DNA of 64,000 bases from Minisyncoccia bacterium (lineage in GTDB: Bacteria; Patescibacteriota; Minisyncoccia; Phycocordibacterales; UBA918): contig JBGSSW010000016.1 in NCBI GenBank assembly GCA_041736805.1, forward strand, positions 66,526 to 130,525. The letters are read 5' to 3'. Shown piece by piece: positions 61,087-64,000 of this stretch. Below the pieces are notes generated by a model. That model saw nothing but the letters and a program-made list of their open reading frames with translations, did not search any database and had not been told where the DNA came from. A program made the position numbers and the translations under genes. The first letter of the stretch is position 1. The number at the start of each line of letters is the position of its first letter.

Positions 61087-61474
61087 TTAGTAAGACTTGA
61101 GACGTCTTGCCCTATAAATAAGGAGTAGCGGTAGCTACGACTATATTTATAGTGTGCTTGTAGACATTGGATTCGACCTCCGGGAGAGAATCCAATGTAG
61201 AAAGTCATATGATTAATATGACTTTAGTCTACGAGCCCAATAAACAAGGAATGACATAGTCATGACTATGTTTATGGAGTGCAAGACACTAGAGAAAAAG
61301 CCCCTCACAGGGCTTTTTCTCTAACTCAAGTCTTATTTTAGACGCCTTGCCCTATAAATAAGGAGTAGCGGTAGCTACGACTATATTTATAGTGTGCTTG
61401 TAGACATTGGATTCGACCCCAGAGGGAGAATCTATTGTAGAAAATCTTACTTAGTAAGATTTTAGTCTACGAGC
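61087..61474 (-). repeat. Tandem array of three structured units, each carrying a recoded rpoD 3' end
   Basis: Gene-end copies at 61451-61474, 61333-61350, 61213-61236 and 61087-61110. Segments 61111-61200 and 61351-61440 are near-identical direct repeats. Confidence 0.9.
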
Positions 61475-62818
61475 CTTCTCATGCTGTCGTATCTTCTCGA
61501 GTGCCTTCGCTTCAATTTGCCGAATACGTTCACGGGTTACACCGAATTCTTTACCGACTTCTTCAAGAGTATGATAAGTACCATCGAGTAGGCCGTGTCG
61601 CATTTCCAAAATTTTACGTTCCTTTTCAGATAGAGTGTCGAGAATTTCAGTAATTTGATCAGTTAAAATACTATGCGCAACCTCTTGATCTGGGGAGACA
61701 ATTTTATCATCAGCAATAAAGTCTGACAGTCGTGACCGATCGTCATCATCTCCAACTGGAAGTTCGAGCGAAATAGTATCCTGACTAATTTTTTCAATTT
61801 GATAAACTTTTTCTACCTCAACCCCCATTTCAGTAGCAATTTCCTCAGGCATAGGATCTCTTCCCAGGTCTTGAGAAAGACGACGAGAAACTTGTTTATA
61901 TTTAGCCATAGTTTCAACCATGTGAACAGGAATACGGATAGTCCGTGACTGATCAGCTAAAGCTCGAGTGATAGCTTGTCTAATCCACCAAGTTGCATAG
62001 GTAGAAAATTTAAAACCTTTAGTGAAGTCAAACTTATCAACAGCCTTAAAAAGTCCTAAATTCCCCTCTTGAATCAAGTCAAGTAAAGTAAGGTCTGGAG
62101 AACGACCTACATACTTCTTGGCAATTGATACCACTAGACGTAAGTTAGCTCTAGCTAATAAGTTTCTAGCCTCCTCATCACCATCGACAATTCTTTTGGC
62201 CAAGACCCTTTCTTCTTGTGCATTCAAAAGTGGATACTGGCCGATTTCACGAAGGTACATTTGAATTGAATCAAAACCACTATCACTTCGCTTAAAAGCA
62301 TTTTTCTGGGCAATAATATCAATGCTAGCGTCGTCACCTAACATCCCCCCACTTTGGAGTACGTCTATTCCTGCAATTGAAAACCGCTCATAGAGAACAT
62401 CAAGAAACTCAATGTCTTTTTCTATTTCTGGAAATGAGCGTAGCATTTCATCATATGTAACATAGCCTCGTTCTCGTCCCAGCTTCATCAACTCAGCGGC
62501 TTTTAATTCTAGAATTTTTTCACTCTTAGTTAAGGCTACTTTTTTTACCTTAGCAACTTTTTTTACTGATTTTTTTACTTCCTTCTTAACTACTACTTTA
62601 GGTTTAGCCTTCGCCTTTTTAGCGACGGTTTTGACAACTTTCTTAGTATTCTTCTTAACTACTTTCTTAGCCACCTTCTTGCTAGGCTTTTTTACGACTT
62701 TTTTTACTACTGTTTTAGATTTAACCTTCGCTTTTTTAGCGATTGGTTTTTTAGCTTTTTTAGTGACGGTTTTGACCGCTTTTTTTACGACTTTTTTTGT
62801 GGCCTTTTTGGTAGCCAT
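61451..62818 (-). CDS. rpoD: Primary sigma factor RpoD with Lys/Val/Ala-rich N-terminal extension
   Basis: [54 protein letters not shown]. Confidence 0.97.
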   Translation of the reverse strand: MATKKATKKVVKKAVKTVTKKAKKPIAKKAKVKSKTVVKKVVKKPSKKVAKKVVKKNTKKVVKTVAKKAKAKPKVVVKKEVKKSVKKVAKVKKVALTKSEKILELKAAELMKLGRERGYVTYDEMLRSFPEIEKDIEFLDVLYERFSIAGIDVLQSGGMLGDDASIDIIAQKNAFKRSDSGFDSIQMYLREIGQYPLLNAQEERVLAKRIVDGDEEARNLLARANLRLVVSIAKKYVGRSPDLTLLDLIQEGNLGLFKAVDKFDFTKGFKFSTYATWWIRQAITRALADQSRTIRIPVHMVETMAKYKQVSRRLSQDLGRDPMPEEIATEMGVEVEKVYQIEKISQDTISLELPVGDDDDRSRLSDFIADDKIVSPDQEVAHSILTDQITEILDTLSEKERKILEMRHGLLDGTYHTLEEVGKEFGVTRERIRQIEAKALEKIRQHEKARRLKSY

Positions 62819-62869
62819 AGTTTTACAACTATACAGAAAATTTCAAAAAAGTCCAGCTATACTGTTATT

Positions 62870-64000
62870 TTACTTAAGTAAATCAACGTTGTATGGTTCG
62901 ACTTGTCTAAGCTTAGATAACTCACCAATTCTTAAAGAAAGCGCCGAGCCCTCATCTTCATCACCATTTAATTCCAACTCCTTTTGCAGTCCCTTAAGAA
63001 CCTTAAGCTGGTCCTTTACAAGTGTGTTTCTATATTCATTCAATTTATATATAAATTCTTCATCAAACACTTTTCGCGGATTCTTATCAAGAAATGTCTC
63101 AACTCTGAAAAGTACCTCCGCTTTAGCGGCGGGGGTTAGATTTTCATCTAATTCACTAAAAGTTTTTCCAGCCACATTCTCTATTATGTCCTTAACTTTT
63201 TGTTCTGCTTCGCTACTTAACAACGGCAAAGCCCCAATAAGATAAGTAAGTAAAGTGGAATTTAGTTGTTTAGGTGAACTGGTTATTATTTTATCTTTTG
63301 ATTTTAAAGCCGCTACATCTCCAAACTTCTCATTTGACTGACTTTTATTTTCATTTAGTCTTTCCACTTCATAATGAATAGCCTCTTTGGTAGTTTTTAA
63401 AACTTCAGCTAGTTTACCTTCAAAATGATCTTGGTCAATATGATTTGGTAAAAGTATAATATAAGGAATAATTTCTTCTCTAGCTCGTAGCTTAAAAGTC
63501 CTTTCGTCCAAATTTTGTGACTGAAGAACTTTAAGTAAAAATTCAATCACGTGAACTGATTTACCGATGACTTGTTTATAATCTTTTACATTCTTTAAAA
63601 CCATATCGGCCGGGTCACTACCAGCTGGTAGCATAGCGACTTTGACATCCAAGCCCCGCCGCAACATCAAATCGGCCGCTCTCCTGACCGCTGCCACCCC
63701 AGCTTTATCGGCATCTAGCGCTAATACTACTTTATTAGACATTCTCTCTAGTAGTTGAACATGTAGAGTCGAAAGAGCGGTCCCGGAAACAGCCACCGTA
63801 TTGGTATAGCCAGCTTGGTGGCTCATTACTACATCAAACTGGCCTTCCACAATCAATGAAAAGTCCAAGTGTCTAATTCCCTGCTTGGCGAAATTGTACC
63901 CGTAAAGTAACTCCGACTTTTTATATAAATCTGTTTCTGGAGAATTGACATATTTTGGTATTCCTTCTCCCGTCTCCATGGTTCGACCAGAAAATCCCAC
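62870..64000 (-). CDS. dnaG: DNA primase (5' part outside window)
   Basis: FSGR..KYVNSPET, VEGQFDV, GTA, DADKAG, DPAD; upstream of rpoD. Confidence 0.96.
   Translation of the reverse strand: MGFSGRTMETGEGIPKYVNSPETDLYKKSELLYGYNFAKQGIRHLDFSLIVEGQFDVVMSHQAGYTNTVAVSGTALSTLHVQLLERMSNKVVLALDADKAGVAAVRRAADLMLRRGLDVKVAMLPAGSDPADMVLKNVKDYKQVIGKSVHVIEFLLKVLQSQNLDERTFKLRAREEIIPYIILLPNHIDQDHFEGKLAEVLKTTKEAIHYEVERLNENKSQSNEKFGDVAALKSKDKIITSSPKQLNSTLLTYLIGALPLLSSEAEQKVKDIIENVAGKTFSELDENLTPAAKAEVLFRVETFLDKNPRKVFDEEFIYKLNEYRNTLVKDQLKVLKGLQKELELNGDEDEGSALSLRIGELSKLRQVEPYNVDLLK

Noticed and set aside
61087-61474. CRISPR array
   Set aside because: Units are ~120 bp with only two near-identical long repeats, the variable parts are rpoD-end copies rather than unique spacers, and there are no cas genes.

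Overview
AT-rich bacterial chromosome segment. Gene content and style point to Patescibacteria/Parcubacteria (inference): F1Fo operon with short delta and epsilon, class I aldolase, GH57/GH15/GT4 cluster, Lys-rich RpoD, many core genes with no Shine-Dalgarno (SD). 1-10964 is the right part of an integrated element. It holds a large serine recombinase, a TerS-like HTH protein, two highly structured non-coding regions, an EVE-DUF262-DUF1524-HEPN defence protein and a two-methyltransferase RM-like module, and it ends in a tRNA-3'-end-like att core. 10957-17304 is a chain of small cassettes separated by degenerate tRNA-3'-end copies. 17.4-26.6 kb is mostly accessory genes, many with boxA-like plus SD leaders. 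27-64 kb is core genome (mutM, ung, atp operon, DEAD-box helicase, alpha-glucan genes, rpmG, hisS, uppP, rpoD, dnaG). The most striking observation is downstream of rpoD (61087-61474): three tandem ~120-bp structured units, each carrying a synonymously recoded copy of the last rpoD codons (ARRLKSY*) plus co-varying split antisense segments. The same architecture occurs at the tRNA-end site (10957-11130), suggesting a family of tiny folded elements that target and replace conserved gene 3' ends.
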